This document shows, piece by piece, positions 16,918 to 26,707 of a DNA stretch of 64,000 bases. Origin of the DNA: Gammaproteobacteria bacterium. GTDB taxonomy: Bacteria > Gemmatimonadota > Gemmatimonadetes > Longimicrobiales > Gaopeijiaceae. The notes beneath the pieces are model-generated. The model made no database searches. It was not told where the DNA came from and was given only the letters and a program-made list of their open reading frames with translations. How positions within the stretch are numbered: position 1 is the stretch's first letter; every line of letters starts with the position of its first letter. The position numbers and the translations under genes are program-made. Location of the stretch: NCBI GenBank assembly GCA_028821195.1, contig JAPPHB010000118.1:19765-83764 (forward strand), read 5' to 3'.

Positions 16918-18867
16918 ATGCCCGCTCCCGTCCTCGCCTGGGTTCTCGCCGCAAGCCTGTGGTCCTCCTCTCCGACGGAGATCGAGTTCGCTCCCCTGAG
17001 TTTTGCGCGCGCGACGGTGTCGGGCCGGATCACCGATGCCGGCACCGGCGAAGCCTTGACCGGCGCCCGCGTGTTCATCTCCGGCCAGACGACCTCCGTC
17101 CTCTCCGGTGACGGGGGAGAGTACAGCTTCATCCTTCCGGGTGATGGCTGGGACGGACGCGAGGTGGAGATGCGCACCGAGCTGGCGGGATATGAGAGCC
17201 TTGCGCGCACCGTCCGGCTGTCGGGCCCGACCACCCGCGTCGATCTGGCGATGACTCCGGGCGCCGACATGACGCTCATGCATGAAATGCGGATCGCACC
17301 GTCCGGACAACCCGCTCCTCCCCCTCCCTCGGGCCAGCCGGCGGTACGTGAGGCGGTGGGCGTCGACGCCGCGAGACGGGTCTCCGGCGCGGGATTCGCA
17401 CCCGTCTCGGCGGACGCGGGTCCCGTTCGGCCTCCCCGGCCGCCGTTCAACACCGAATCCTACGCCCACATCGAGGAAGCGGACTTCCTCGGCGTCGAAG
17501 ACAACCCGCTCTCCACCTTCGCGATCGATGTCGACCGGGCGTCGTACGCCAACATGCGGCGCTTCATCGACCGGGGCATGCGTCCCCCCATCGACGCCAT
17601 CCGCATCGAAGAGCTGGTCAACTACTTCACCTACGACTACCCGTCGCCCAGGGGCGCCCATCCCCTCTCGATCACCACGGAGGTGGGCACCGCGCCGTGG
17701 CAGCCGGCGCACAGGCTGCTGCGCATCGGCATCCAGGGCCGGAACATTGCCGGCGGACATCTGCCTGCGAGCAACCTCGTCTTCCTGATCGACGTGTCCG
17801 GGTCGATGCAGCCGCCCGCGAAGCTCCCCCTGCTCAAGTCGTCCCTGCGTCTGCTGGTCGCGCAGATGAGGCCCGCCGACCGGGTCGCGATCGTGGTGTA
17901 CGCCGGCCAGGCCGGGCTCGCCCTGCCTCCCACCTCCGGGGAGAACAGGAGCGAGATCCTGTTCGCGATCGACAGGCTGGAGGCGGGCGGCTCCACCGCC
18001 GGTGGCGCCGGACTGCGGCTCGCCTACGAGGTGGCGCGCGAGAACTTCAACGGGGAAGGAAACAACCGGGTGATCCTCGCCAGCGACGGCGACTTCAACG
18101 TGGGACCGTCCAGCGACGCGGAGATGATCCGTCTCATCGAAAAGGAGCGCGAATCAGGCGTCTTCCTCTCCGTGCTGGGCTTCGGCACCGGAAACCTGCA
18201 GGACTCGAAGATGGAGCAGCTGGCCAACCACGGGAACGGCAGCTACGCCTACATCGACGGCGAGCGCGAGGCGGCCAAGGTCCTGGTGAGCGAGTTCGCC
18301 GGCACCCTCTTCACCATCGCGAAGGACGTGAAGGTGCAGGTCGAGTTCAATCCCCGCGAGGTGCAGGCGTACCGGCTCATCGGCTACGAGAACCGTGCGT
18401 TGCGCGCGGAGGATTTTGCGGATGATCGCAAGGATGCCGGGGAACTCGGGGCGGGTCATACCGTCACCGCACTCTACGAGATCGTACCGTCCGGCATCGA
18501 CGGCCCTGATCTGGCGGATACGCCGCCGCTGCGCTATCGCGACCGGGCGGACGTCACGGGCCGGGCGGCATCCGGGGAACTCGGATTCGTCCAGCTTCGC
18601 TACAAGCGGCCCGACGATTCGAAGAGCGTTCTCGTGCAGCAGGCGTTCCTCGACAGGGGCGGTGACGGCTCCGGCGACATGCGCTTCGCCGCGTCGGTGG
18701 CGGGCTTCGGCATGCTGCTGCGTGAATCGGCGTATGCGGGCGACTATGCACTCGGCGACGTTCTCGAGCTGGCGCGGGGATCCCTCGGCGACGACGAGGA
18801 AGGCTACCGGCGCGAGTTCGTCCGGCTGGTGCGCGATACCCGCGCGCAAGGGTTGCTGGAGCGCTGA
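16918..18867 (+). CDS. Secreted von Willebrand factor A domain protein (YfbK-like) with an N-terminal carboxypeptidase-regulatory-like domain
   Basis: ATG 16918 behind GGAGG, then a signal-like MPAPVLAWVLAASLW. GRITDAGTGEALTGARV, the VWA MIDAS motif LVFLIDVSGSM, and a YfbK-type C-terminal region. Confidence 0.8.
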   Translation: MPAPVLAWVLAASLWSSSPTEIEFAPLSFARATVSGRITDAGTGEALTGARVFISGQTTSVLSGDGGEYSFILPGDGWDGREVEMRTELAGYESLARTVRLSGPTTRVDLAMTPGADMTLMHEMRIAPSGQPAPPPPSGQPAVREAVGVDAARRVSGAGFAPVSADAGPVRPPRPPFNTESYAHIEEADFLGVEDNPLSTFAIDVDRASYANMRRFIDRGMRPPIDAIRIEELVNYFTYDYPSPRGAHPLSITTEVGTAPWQPAHRLLRIGIQGRNIAGGHLPASNLVFLIDVSGSMQPPAKLPLLKSSLRLLVAQMRPADRVAIVVYAGQAGLALPPTSGENRSEILFAIDRLEAGGSTAGGAGLRLAYEVARENFNGEGNNRVILASDGDFNVGPSSDAEMIRLIEKERESGVFLSVLGFGTGNLQDSKMEQLANHGNGSYAYIDGEREAAKVLVSEFAGTLFTIAKDVKVQVEFNPREVQAYRLIGYENRALRAEDFADDRKDAGELGAGHTVTALYEIVPSGIDGPDLADTPPLRYRDRADVTGRAASGELGFVQLRYKRPDDSKSVLVQQAFLDRGGDGSGDMRFAASVAGFGMLLRESAYAGDYALGDVLELARGSLGDDEEGYRREFVRLVRDTRAQGLLER

Positions 18868-18995
18868 TCCCCAGGGTCCGCCGCCCGACACCGTACGCGC
18901 CGCCGGGAAAACGAACATCCCATCTCCTGCGTAGTATCAAGTCTGTTTCCAAGTCCGAGAAATCACCCCGGCGCATTTTTCTGGAGAAGAGACTG

Positions 18996-21764
18996 ATGAA
19001 GCTGAACGTGAGGCATGTTCCCCATTGGACCGCCGCCGTCGCCGCATTCCTGGCCGCGACGGCCCAGGCCGCGGCGGCGCAGCAGTTGCCGGAGGGCGTC
19101 ACGGAGGTGGCGTCCGTCGAAGGCATCACCGAGTACCGCCTGGACAACGGCCTGCGGTTTCTCCTGTTCCCCGACCAGAGCAAGCAGCAGATCACGGTCA
19201 ACGTGACCTACATGGTCGGATCGCGGCACGAGGGGTACGGCGAGACCGGGATGGCGCACCTGCTCGAGCACCTGGTCTTCAAGGGGACGCCCGACCATCC
19301 CAACATCCCCGACGAGCTGACCGAGCGCGGCGCGTTCCCCAACGGCACCACCTGGTTCGACCGCACCAACTACTTCGAGACCTTCCCGGCTTCGGAGGAT
19401 AACCTGGCCTGGGCGATCGACCTGGAGGCGGACCGCATGGTCAACTCGTTCATCGCGCAGGAGGATCTCGAGTCCGAGATGACCGTGGTGCGCAACGAGT
19501 GGGAGTCGGGCGAGAACCAGCCCATGGCGGTGCTGCAGAAGCGCGTCATGTCGGCGGCCTACGACTGGCACAACTACGGCAACTCCACCATCGGCGCACG
19601 CGCCGACCTGGAGAACGTGCCGATCGAGCGCCTGCAGGCCTTCTACCGCAAGTACTATCAGCCCGACAACGCGCTGGTGGTGATCGCAGGACGCTTCGAA
19701 CCGGAGTACGCCATTCAACTGGTGGCCGAGGAATTCGGCGCCATCCCGCGTCCCGATCGCACCGGGGCGAACGAACTGTTCCACACCTACACGGCGGAGC
19801 CCGCCCAGGACGGCGAGCGCACGGTGACCCTGCGGCGCGTGGGCGACGTGCAGCTGGTCATGGCCGCCTACCACGTTCCGCCCGGATCCCACGAGCAGTA
19901 CGCTGCGGTGGACGTGCTCACCCACGTCCTCGCGACCCGGCCTGCCGGGCGCCTCTACCAGAACCTGGTGGAGCCCGGGCTTGCGGCGAACGCGTTCGCC
20001 TTCGGCTACCAGCTCAACGAGCCGGGGGTGCTGATGGCCGCTGCCCAGGTGCGCCAGGAGGACTCGCTGGAGGAAGCCGCGGCCGCAATGCTCACCACCC
20101 TCGACGAGATGGTCGAGGCGCCGCCCACCGAGGAGGAGGTCGAACGGGCCCGGACCGACTACCTGTCGAGCATCGAGCTGGCGTTCAACAACCCGCAGGG
20201 CATCGCGCTGCAGTTGAGCGAATGGGCGTCGATGGGCGACTGGCGCCTCTTCTTCCTGCACCGCGACCGGCTGGAGCAGGTCACGCCCACCGCCGTTCAC
20301 CAGGTGGCGCAGGCCTACCTGAAACCCTCCAACCGTACCATCGGCTACTTCTACCCGGCGGACGAGACGCCGGCCCGGGCCGAAATCCCGGAGCCGCCCG
20401 ACGTGGCGGCGCTGGTCGCCGACTACACCGGACGCGAGGCCGTGGCCGAGGGCGAGGCGTTCGACCCGACGCCTGCCAACATCGACGAACGCACGGTGAC
20501 CACGACGCTGTCCAACGGCGTGGAGGTCGCGCTAATGCCCAAGGAGAACCGCGGTGACGCCGTGAACGTGCAGTTCTCCTTCCGCCACGGCACCGAAGCC
20601 GCGCTCATGGGGCGGGCCACGGCCGGATCGCTGGCGGGATCCATGTTGATGCGCGGCACGACCCAGCGCTCGCGCCAGGAGATCAGCGACGAGCTGGATC
20701 GCCTGAGAGCGCAGGGCGGCGTTGGCGGGTCTGCGCTGTCCGCCAGCGGAACGTTCACCACGGTCCGCGAGAACCTTGGCGCCGTCCTCCGTCTGGCCGG
20801 CGAGGTGCTTCGCCAGCCCGCCTTCGATCCCGACGAGTTCGATCTGCTGCGCGAGGAGCGGCTGGCGGCGATCGAGCAGCAGCAGTCTGAGCCCCAGGCG
20901 CTGGTCTTCCAGGCCTTCAACCGGCACCTGAACCGGTTTCCCGAGGACCATCCGCGCTACTCGACCACCTTCGAGGAGGACATCGAGCGTCTGAACGCCG
21001 CGACGGTCGATGAGGCCAGGGCGTTCTGGTCCGAGTTCTACGGAGCCGAGGGCGGCACCATGGCCGTAGTCGGAGACTTCGATCCCGATGAGACGCTTGC
21101 GGTGCTGGAGGAGGTGTTCGGCGGCTGGGACGCGCCCGAGCCCTACGAGCGCGTCGCGGATCCGTACCTGGAGGTCGAAACCGTCAGCATGGACATCGAG
21201 ACCCCCGACAAGGCGAACGCGTGGATGGTGGCCGTCACCACGTTCCGCATGCGCGACGACGATCCCCGCTATCCGGCGCTGCGCATGGCCGACTTCATGC
21301 TGGGGGGCGGGTTCCTGAATTCGCGTCTGCCGACCCGCATCCGCCAGGAGGAGGGGCTCTCCTACGGCGTGGGTTCGCAGTTGGCGGTGCCCCCGGTCGA
21401 CGATGGCGGGCTGTTCCTTACCTACGCCATCTTCGCCCCTGAAAACGGCGACAGGGTGGTGGACGCGTTCCGCGACGAGTTGCGCAAGGCGCTGGAGGAA
21501 GGGTTCACCCAGGACGAACTGGATGCCGCGAAACGCGGATTCCTGGACGCGCAGCAGAACGGACGCTCGAACGACCGCACCCTCGCCGGCCAGCTCAGCA
21601 ACAACCTGTTCACCAACCGGACGATGGAGTTCACCGCCGCCCGCGAAGCGGCGATCGAAGCGCTGACGCTGGAGGAGGTCAACTCCGCGCTGCGCGACTA
21701 CGTTTCGCTGGACGACATCTCCATCTTCCGCGCGGGAGACTTCGCCAACAAGCTGATTCCGTAG
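18996..21764 (+). CDS. M16 family zinc peptidase, tandem active plus inactive halves (PqqL-like)
   Basis: Signal peptide and the inverted zinc motif HLLEH (GMAHLLEHLVFKG). 922 aa, two-domain architecture. Confidence 0.85.
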   Translation: MKLNVRHVPHWTAAVAAFLAATAQAAAAQQLPEGVTEVASVEGITEYRLDNGLRFLLFPDQSKQQITVNVTYMVGSRHEGYGETGMAHLLEHLVFKGTPDHPNIPDELTERGAFPNGTTWFDRTNYFETFPASEDNLAWAIDLEADRMVNSFIAQEDLESEMTVVRNEWESGENQPMAVLQKRVMSAAYDWHNYGNSTIGARADLENVPIERLQAFYRKYYQPDNALVVIAGRFEPEYAIQLVAEEFGAIPRPDRTGANELFHTYTAEPAQDGERTVTLRRVGDVQLVMAAYHVPPGSHEQYAAVDVLTHVLATRPAGRLYQNLVEPGLAANAFAFGYQLNEPGVLMAAAQVRQEDSLEEAAAAMLTTLDEMVEAPPTEEEVERARTDYLSSIELAFNNPQGIALQLSEWASMGDWRLFFLHRDRLEQVTPTAVHQVAQAYLKPSNRTIGYFYPADETPARAEIPEPPDVAALVADYTGREAVAEGEAFDPTPANIDERTVTTTLSNGVEVALMPKENRGDAVNVQFSFRHGTEAALMGRATAGSLAGSMLMRGTTQRSRQEISDELDRLRAQGGVGGSALSASGTFTTVRENLGAVLRLAGEVLRQPAFDPDEFDLLREERLAAIEQQQSEPQALVFQAFNRHLNRFPEDHPRYSTTFEEDIERLNAATVDEARAFWSEFYGAEGGTMAVVGDFDPDETLAVLEEVFGGWDAPEPYERVADPYLEVETVSMDIETPDKANAWMVAVTTFRMRDDDPRYPALRMADFMLGGGFLNSRLPTRIRQEEGLSYGVGSQLAVPPVDDGGLFLTYAIFAPENGDRVVDAFRDELRKALEEGFTQDELDAAKRGFLDAQQNGRSNDRTLAGQLSNNLFTNRTMEFTAAREAAIEALTLEEVNSALRDYVSLDDISIFRAGDFANKLIP

Positions 21765-21792
21765 GGGACATCAGCGGGGACAGTGCGTCGAC

Positions 21793-21826
21793 GGGCCGGG
21801 GCCGAAAGGCTCCGGCCCGTTCGTTT
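21793..21826 (+). terminator. Rho-independent terminator after the M16 peptidase gene
   Basis: GGGCCGGGGCC-GAAA-GGCTCCGGCCC stem (11 bp including one G-U pair) at 21793-21818, followed by GTTCGTTTG. Confidence 0.6.
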
Positions 21827-21918
21827 GCGTACCGACCAGGCGGACGAATCGCGCGCGCGCCGGGCCGGGCGTACTATTCAGTTCAGATGCCGCTGAACCC
21901 CGGAACCGCGAGGGCCGC

Positions 21919-23211
21919 ATGCCTGCTTCATCCATGAATCGCCGCGATTTCGCCCGTCTCTTCGCCGCTGGAGGATCGGCGGCCCTGCTCGGCCATCCCG
22001 CGCTCGAAGGCCTGGCGCGGCGGACACCTTCCGGGCCGCTCGCCCGCGGAAGCGGAGCCGGCCAGGTAGTGGACTGGGACGAGGTGCGGGCCCGCTTCCT
22101 GATGCCGCCCGAGCTGTCGGTGATGAACGCGGCCAACCTTTGCCCGTCGCCGGCGAGCACCCTGCAGGCGGTGTACGACTACACCGAGCGCATGGACCGC
22201 GAGCCGGTGCCGAGCTTCCGCGGCGAGATGGCCCGGGTGAAGGAACCCACCCGCGACCGCCTGGCCGAATTCCTGGGCGTCACCCCCGAGGAGATCCTCA
22301 TCACCCGCAACACCAGCGAGGCGAACAACTGGGTGTCGACCGGCCTGCAACTGGGGCTGGGCGACGAGGTCGTGATCATGCGCGACAACCACCCCAGCAA
22401 CAACCTCGCGTGGAAGGCCAAGGGGCAGCGCTTCGGCTACACCGTGCGCGAGATCGAGCCGGCGAGTCCGCATCCCGGCGCCGACTACTACGTGCGGGCG
22501 TTCCGCGAGGCGATCACTCCGAATACCCGGGTGATCTCGTTCACCCATCTGACCAACACCGCCGGAGACCTCTTCCCGGCGCGCGAACTGTGCACCCTGG
22601 CACGTGAGCACGGCGTCTTCTCGGTCGTCGACGGCGCCCAGTCCTTCGGCCTTTTCGACATCGACCTCTCCGAGGTGCAGCCCGACTTCTATACCGGAAG
22701 CGCCCACAAGTGGCCCTGCGGCCCCAAGGAGACGGGTGTGCTGTACGTGAACGCCCGCGTCCACGACCGCTTCTGGCCCACCATGTACAGCGCCTACACC
22801 GGGTCGCGGGGTCTCGCGCGCACGCACGAGGGCCTGGGCCAGCGCGACGAGCCCGCCATCCGCGCCTTCGGTGCGCAGATCGAGTTCCTGCAGGAGATCA
22901 CGATGGCCGAGGTGGAGGCCCGCAGCCGCGAGCTCGCGACCGCGCTGGTCGAGGAGCTTTCCGCTCTCGACGGCGTGCACATGTGGACCTCGCAGGAGCC
23001 CTCGCGGCGCGCGGCCGTGGTCACCTTCCGCCCGGGCGAACTCTCACCGGGCGATGTAGTGGGCGCGCTGGAGAACGATGGCATCGTGGCTGCGTCGCGC
23101 GGCGGCAGCGACCGCACCGGCGTGCGCCTCTCGCCCCACTTCTACAACTCGCACACCGATGTCGAGCGGGCGGTGTCGGCTGTCCGGGGCTATCTGCGGA
23201 CGGGGCTGTAG
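21919..23211 (+). CDS. Tat-signal class V aminotransferase-fold PLP enzyme (cysteine desulfurase / isopenicillin-N epimerase-like)
   Basis: Twin-arginine leader MNRRDFARLFAAGGSAALLG. Class V fold pattern, with the PLP lysine context GSAHKW. Confidence 0.75.
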   Translation: MPASSMNRRDFARLFAAGGSAALLGHPALEGLARRTPSGPLARGSGAGQVVDWDEVRARFLMPPELSVMNAANLCPSPASTLQAVYDYTERMDREPVPSFRGEMARVKEPTRDRLAEFLGVTPEEILITRNTSEANNWVSTGLQLGLGDEVVIMRDNHPSNNLAWKAKGQRFGYTVREIEPASPHPGADYYVRAFREAITPNTRVISFTHLTNTAGDLFPARELCTLAREHGVFSVVDGAQSFGLFDIDLSEVQPDFYTGSAHKWPCGPKETGVLYVNARVHDRFWPTMYSAYTGSRGLARTHEGLGQRDEPAIRAFGAQIEFLQEITMAEVEARSRELATALVEELSALDGVHMWTSQEPSRRAAVVTFRPGELSPGDVVGALENDGIVAASRGGSDRTGVRLSPHFYNSHTDVERAVSAVRGYLRTGL

Positions 23212-23215
23212 CTGC

Positions 23216-25456
23216 TCAGTTCCCCCCGCTGCGCAGCTCCTCCACGATGCGCTCTGCCAGGTAGACCTCTTCGAGCGCCTCGAGGATGCCGCGCACGTCC
23301 ACCGACACGGCGCGCGCACGGTCGGTGAGGAAGATGTACTCGCCGGAGAGCCCCTCGGTGTTGCTGTCGAAGGCCAGTCCCACCAGCTCCAGGTCGGCGT
23401 TGACGAGGGGCGAGCCCGAGTTTCCGCCGATGATGTCGTTGGTGGACACGAAGTTTATCGGCGTGGACAGGTCCGGGTCGCCCGGCGGATCGAGCCAGCG
23501 CCCGGGCAGATCCCATTCCCCGTCCCCGGTCCCTCCCGCCACGTGGGAGTAGTGGCGGTCGTAGAGGCCGTAGAAGGTGGTCACCACCGGGGCGAAGGTG
23601 CCGTTGTAGTCGTACTGCGACACCACGCCGTCGGCGATGCGGAGCGAGAAGGTGGCGTCGGGCGGAACATCGGTCCCGTAGACCGCGAAGCGCGCCCGCC
23701 CCAGCGCTGCCGCGATCTGCTCCTCCTCCGCGGAGATGGGTCCGAGCGCCTGCTGGAAGGGGCCGATGCCGGAGATGAGGGCGCCCAGGAGCTGCATCGC
23801 CGGGTCGCCCATGCCTGCGGTGCCGCTGCGGACGGCGTCGACCGCGCCTGCGGAGTCCGCAAGCACGCTCTCGGCCACGATGGAAGCGGCGACATCCTCG
23901 GGGCTCCTCCCGCCGAGCAGGCTGGTGGTGAGCGGTGAATCGGCTCCGTAGCTCGCCTGGATGTCGCGCAGGCGGGCCGCCAGCAGCAACTCCTGCATCG
24001 CCGGCGGCTGCCCCGGCACTTCGCTTAGCGACGTCATCACCCCCTCGAGCGCCTCGGCGGGCGCTCCCGCGCGCGACCCGTTGGCGTACTGGAAGGCGAA
24101 GAGCGCGCGTGACAGCACCGCGCCCTCGTAATCCGGGCTTGCGAAGGCCAGGAACGACCCGAAGCCCCCGGCCTGCTCGCCCTTCCGTTCCTGCAGCTCC
24201 GCCATCTGTGCGATCAGCCCGCCGTACTCCTCCGCCAGCTCGGGATCGGCTTCGAGCGCTTCCTGGAACGCCCGTTCCTGGTCGCGGCGCTTCGCCAGGA
24301 TCACCGGGTCGTGCAGCCCGCGCAGGATTCCCCCATAGGCCTCCTGCGTGTTGATCAGCGAGAAGATGGTGTTGCGCAGATCCATCGCCTCGCCCGCCTC
24401 CGGGTCCATGTCGTAGAACGCCTCGAGCGCGTCGATGCGGTTGTTGACGAAGGCGAGCAGCCCCTTGTCGGAGACGTCGCGCCGGAATTCGAGCTCGGCC
24501 ACGGTCTGGATGCGGCTCGTGGAGCCGGGATTGCCGATCATGAACACGGCGTCGCCGCTCCCCACCCCGGTCTCGCTCCAGCGGAAGAAGTTCTCGCTGG
24601 TGTCGAGCGGATCGCCGTCCTCGTAGACGCGCAGGAAGGTGAAGTCGAGGGCGTAGCGGGGGTAGGTGAAATTGTCGGGGTCGCCGCCGAAGTAGCCGAC
24701 GGACAGCTCGGGCGCCATCACCATGCGCACGTCGGTGTAGCGCCGGAAGACGTAGGCCGAGGTGCGTCCGCCGTTGTAGAGCGAGACCATCTCCACTTCG
24801 AAGCCGGCGTCCTCGCCCCCGTACTCCTCCGAGATGCGGGCCGCGATTTCCTCCTCGGCCGATGCGCGCGCCTGCGAGCGGGCCTGGGGTTCGTTGATGC
24901 CCTCCAGGGCCGCGTCCATCTCCGCCGTCACGTCGCGAATCGCGATGAGCCGGTCCGCTTCGAACTCCTCGATCGCCCGCTCTTCGTCCAGGCTCTCCGC
25001 GTAGAACCCGTCGTCCAGAAGGCTCTCTCCCTCGCGGGACACCGCGGATATGTGCTCGCGCGCGCAATGGTGGTTGGTGAGCACCAGCCCGTCGCCCGAC
25101 ACGAACGACGCCGAGCAGCCGGGGATGCGCAGCGCTCCCAGCCGGGCGCGGCGGAACCAGACCGAGTCCGCGTCGATGTCGTAGGTCTCGCGCAGGTAGG
25201 CGGAGGGCGGGTTCTCGAAGGTCCACATGCGCCCGTTGTCGAAGCGGCCGGCGCGCACGGTGTCGAGGCCGGCGACTGCGGGCGCGGCGACCGGCGCCGC
25301 GGGTGGCGTGGGCGTCGCGGGGGTGTCGGCCTCCATTACGGGGTCGGGCCGCTCGGGCGCGGGCGGGTCGGTGGCCATCTGGGGCATCGGGGCGGCACCG
25401 CCGCCGCACGCCAGCGCGATCAGGCCCGCAAGGGCATAGCTATGTCGAGTTCTCAC
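23216..25456 (-). CDS. S46 family dipeptidyl-peptidase (DPP7/DPP11-like), lipoprotein
   Basis: GCSASFVSGDGLVLTNHHC, GNPGS and the catalytic GGNSGSPLV. GTG 25456 gives VRTRHSYALAGLIALACGG (lipobox) and overlaps the upstream stop (GTGA). Confidence 0.8.
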   Translation of the reverse strand: MRTRHSYALAGLIALACGGGAAPMPQMATDPPAPERPDPVMEADTPATPTPPAAPVAAPAVAGLDTVRAGRFDNGRMWTFENPPSAYLRETYDIDADSVWFRRARLGALRIPGCSASFVSGDGLVLTNHHCAREHISAVSREGESLLDDGFYAESLDEERAIEEFEADRLIAIRDVTAEMDAALEGINEPQARSQARASAEEEIAARISEEYGGEDAGFEVEMVSLYNGGRTSAYVFRRYTDVRMVMAPELSVGYFGGDPDNFTYPRYALDFTFLRVYEDGDPLDTSENFFRWSETGVGSGDAVFMIGNPGSTSRIQTVAELEFRRDVSDKGLLAFVNNRIDALEAFYDMDPEAGEAMDLRNTIFSLINTQEAYGGILRGLHDPVILAKRRDQERAFQEALEADPELAEEYGGLIAQMAELQERKGEQAGGFGSFLAFASPDYEGAVLSRALFAFQYANGSRAGAPAEALEGVMTSLSEVPGQPPAMQELLLAARLRDIQASYGADSPLTTSLLGGRSPEDVAASIVAESVLADSAGAVDAVRSGTAGMGDPAMQLLGALISGIGPFQQALGPISAEEEQIAAALGRARFAVYGTDVPPDATFSLRIADGVVSQYDYNGTFAPVVTTFYGLYDRHYSHVAGGTGDGEWDLPGRWLDPPGDPDLSTPINFVSTNDIIGGNSGSPLVNADLELVGLAFDSNTEGLSGEYIFLTDRARAVSVDVRGILEALEEVYLAERIVEELRSGGN

Positions 25457-25872
25457 GGGTTGGTCCCCCGAGCGGCATCCTGGATATCGAGGATCTCGTC
25501 GATCAGAAAGAGGTCGGTGAGCAGGGCCCGGAAGTGGATGGAGGCATTCAGGTTGTCGATGAGCTGGGAGCTGACCCACTTCTGGGCCGACACCAACTGC
25601 ACGGCCGCCAGGGTGCTTTCGGCATCCCGAGCCAGCACGTCGGCCATCGCGCGATACACCGAAGCCGGGGCCAGCCCCGCCGCTTCCGCGAGGGCCGCAA
25701 CCCCTTCGCCCAGTCCCTCGAGGGCTTCCTCGGTCCGCGCCAGGAATTGCCGCACCTGACCGCTGGAAGCACCCGGGCCGGTGCCCGCAGCCCCCTGGGC
25801 CGCGTAGGCCAGGAAGAACTCGTAGCTTTCCTCGATCGCCTCGATGCGGGCGCGCAACTCGCTACGGGTCAA
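25453..25872 (-). CDS. Hypothetical all-helical 139-aa cytoplasmic protein
   Basis: No recognisable motif. The codon bias is consistent with coding. ATGA overlap with the cytochrome b stop and GTGA overlap with the S46 start. Confidence 0.55.
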   Translation of the reverse strand: MTRSELRARIEAIEESYEFFLAYAAQGAAGTGPGASSGQVRQFLARTEEALEGLGEGVAALAEAAGLAPASVYRAMADVLARDAESTLAAVQLVSAQKWVSSQLIDNLNASIHFRALLTDLFLIDEILDIQDAARGTNP

Positions 25873-26705
25873 GTCTGTTCCGGCAGCTGAGGCGCGGGCC
25901 CGTCACCCGCCCAGCGCTCGGGGTCGTGGTGCTCGAGGTAATCCTTCCGGTTCACGAAGCCGTTGAACATCGACATCGTGATCCACCACTTGTCGGGTCG
26001 CACCGCGAAGTAGATGTGCGCGATGACCAGCGAGATCAGCGCCACCCCGCTCAGCCCGTGCACCACGTAGACCACGCCCCACATCGCATCCGAGAGGATG
26101 TAGGGGTTGCGCGCCCAGAACCAGGTGTCGACCCGGAACATCATGAGCACGCCCGTGGCCACGGCGGCGAAGGTCACGACCACGATGGCGTGGTGGTACA
26201 TCTTGTGGTCCAGCGGATACTTGGCCGCCTTGCGGCCCTCCGGCTGCTCCTTGCCGAAGAAGCGCTTCACCTCGCGCTTGGCGGTCTCCACGTCGTCCCT
26301 GCCCACCCACATCGACCAGAAGTCCTGCCAGAAGGTGGAGTGGATGATGTGGTAGACGACGGTCAGGATGAGCAGCACCCCGGCCAGCCAGTGAATGGTC
26401 ACCCACGGAAACTGGATTCCCGCCCACGGGAAGAAGGCGGTGACCAGCAGGGCGAACATGGAGATGGCCATCAGCCAGTGGAACGCGCGCGCGGAAAAGG
26501 TGTGGCGCAGGATGCGCGCGGGCAGGCCCGGGGGCGCCGGCGCGTCATCGCCGTGACCGTTGGCGGTTGCCAGGCTGCGCACCCACAGGGCGTGCCCGGT
26601 CACGAAGACGATGCCCGCGATCAGCGCGGCCCACATCAGGTCGAAGGAGATCCCGATCAGGACCTCCTGATTCCATGGATTGGCGGCCCTGCGCCAGAGC
26701 TCCAC
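25869..26705 (-). CDS. Membrane di-heme cytochrome b (FdnI / Ni-Fe hydrogenase b-type family)
   Basis: About five TM helices with conserved His (FHWLMAIS, IHWLAG..VVYHIIH, YHHAIV, VHGLSG..IAHIYF). Confidence 0.7.
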   Translation of the reverse strand: MELWRRAANPWNQEVLIGISFDLMWAALIAGIVFVTGHALWVRSLATANGHGDDAPAPPGLPARILRHTFSARAFHWLMAISMFALLVTAFFPWAGIQFPWVTIHWLAGVLLILTVVYHIIHSTFWQDFWSMWVGRDDVETAKREVKRFFGKEQPEGRKAAKYPLDHKMYHHAIVVVTFAAVATGVLMMFRVDTWFWARNPYILSDAMWGVVYVVHGLSGVALISLVIAHIYFAVRPDKWWITMSMFNGFVNRKDYLEHHDPERWAGDGPAPQLPEQT

Positions 26706-26707
26706 CT

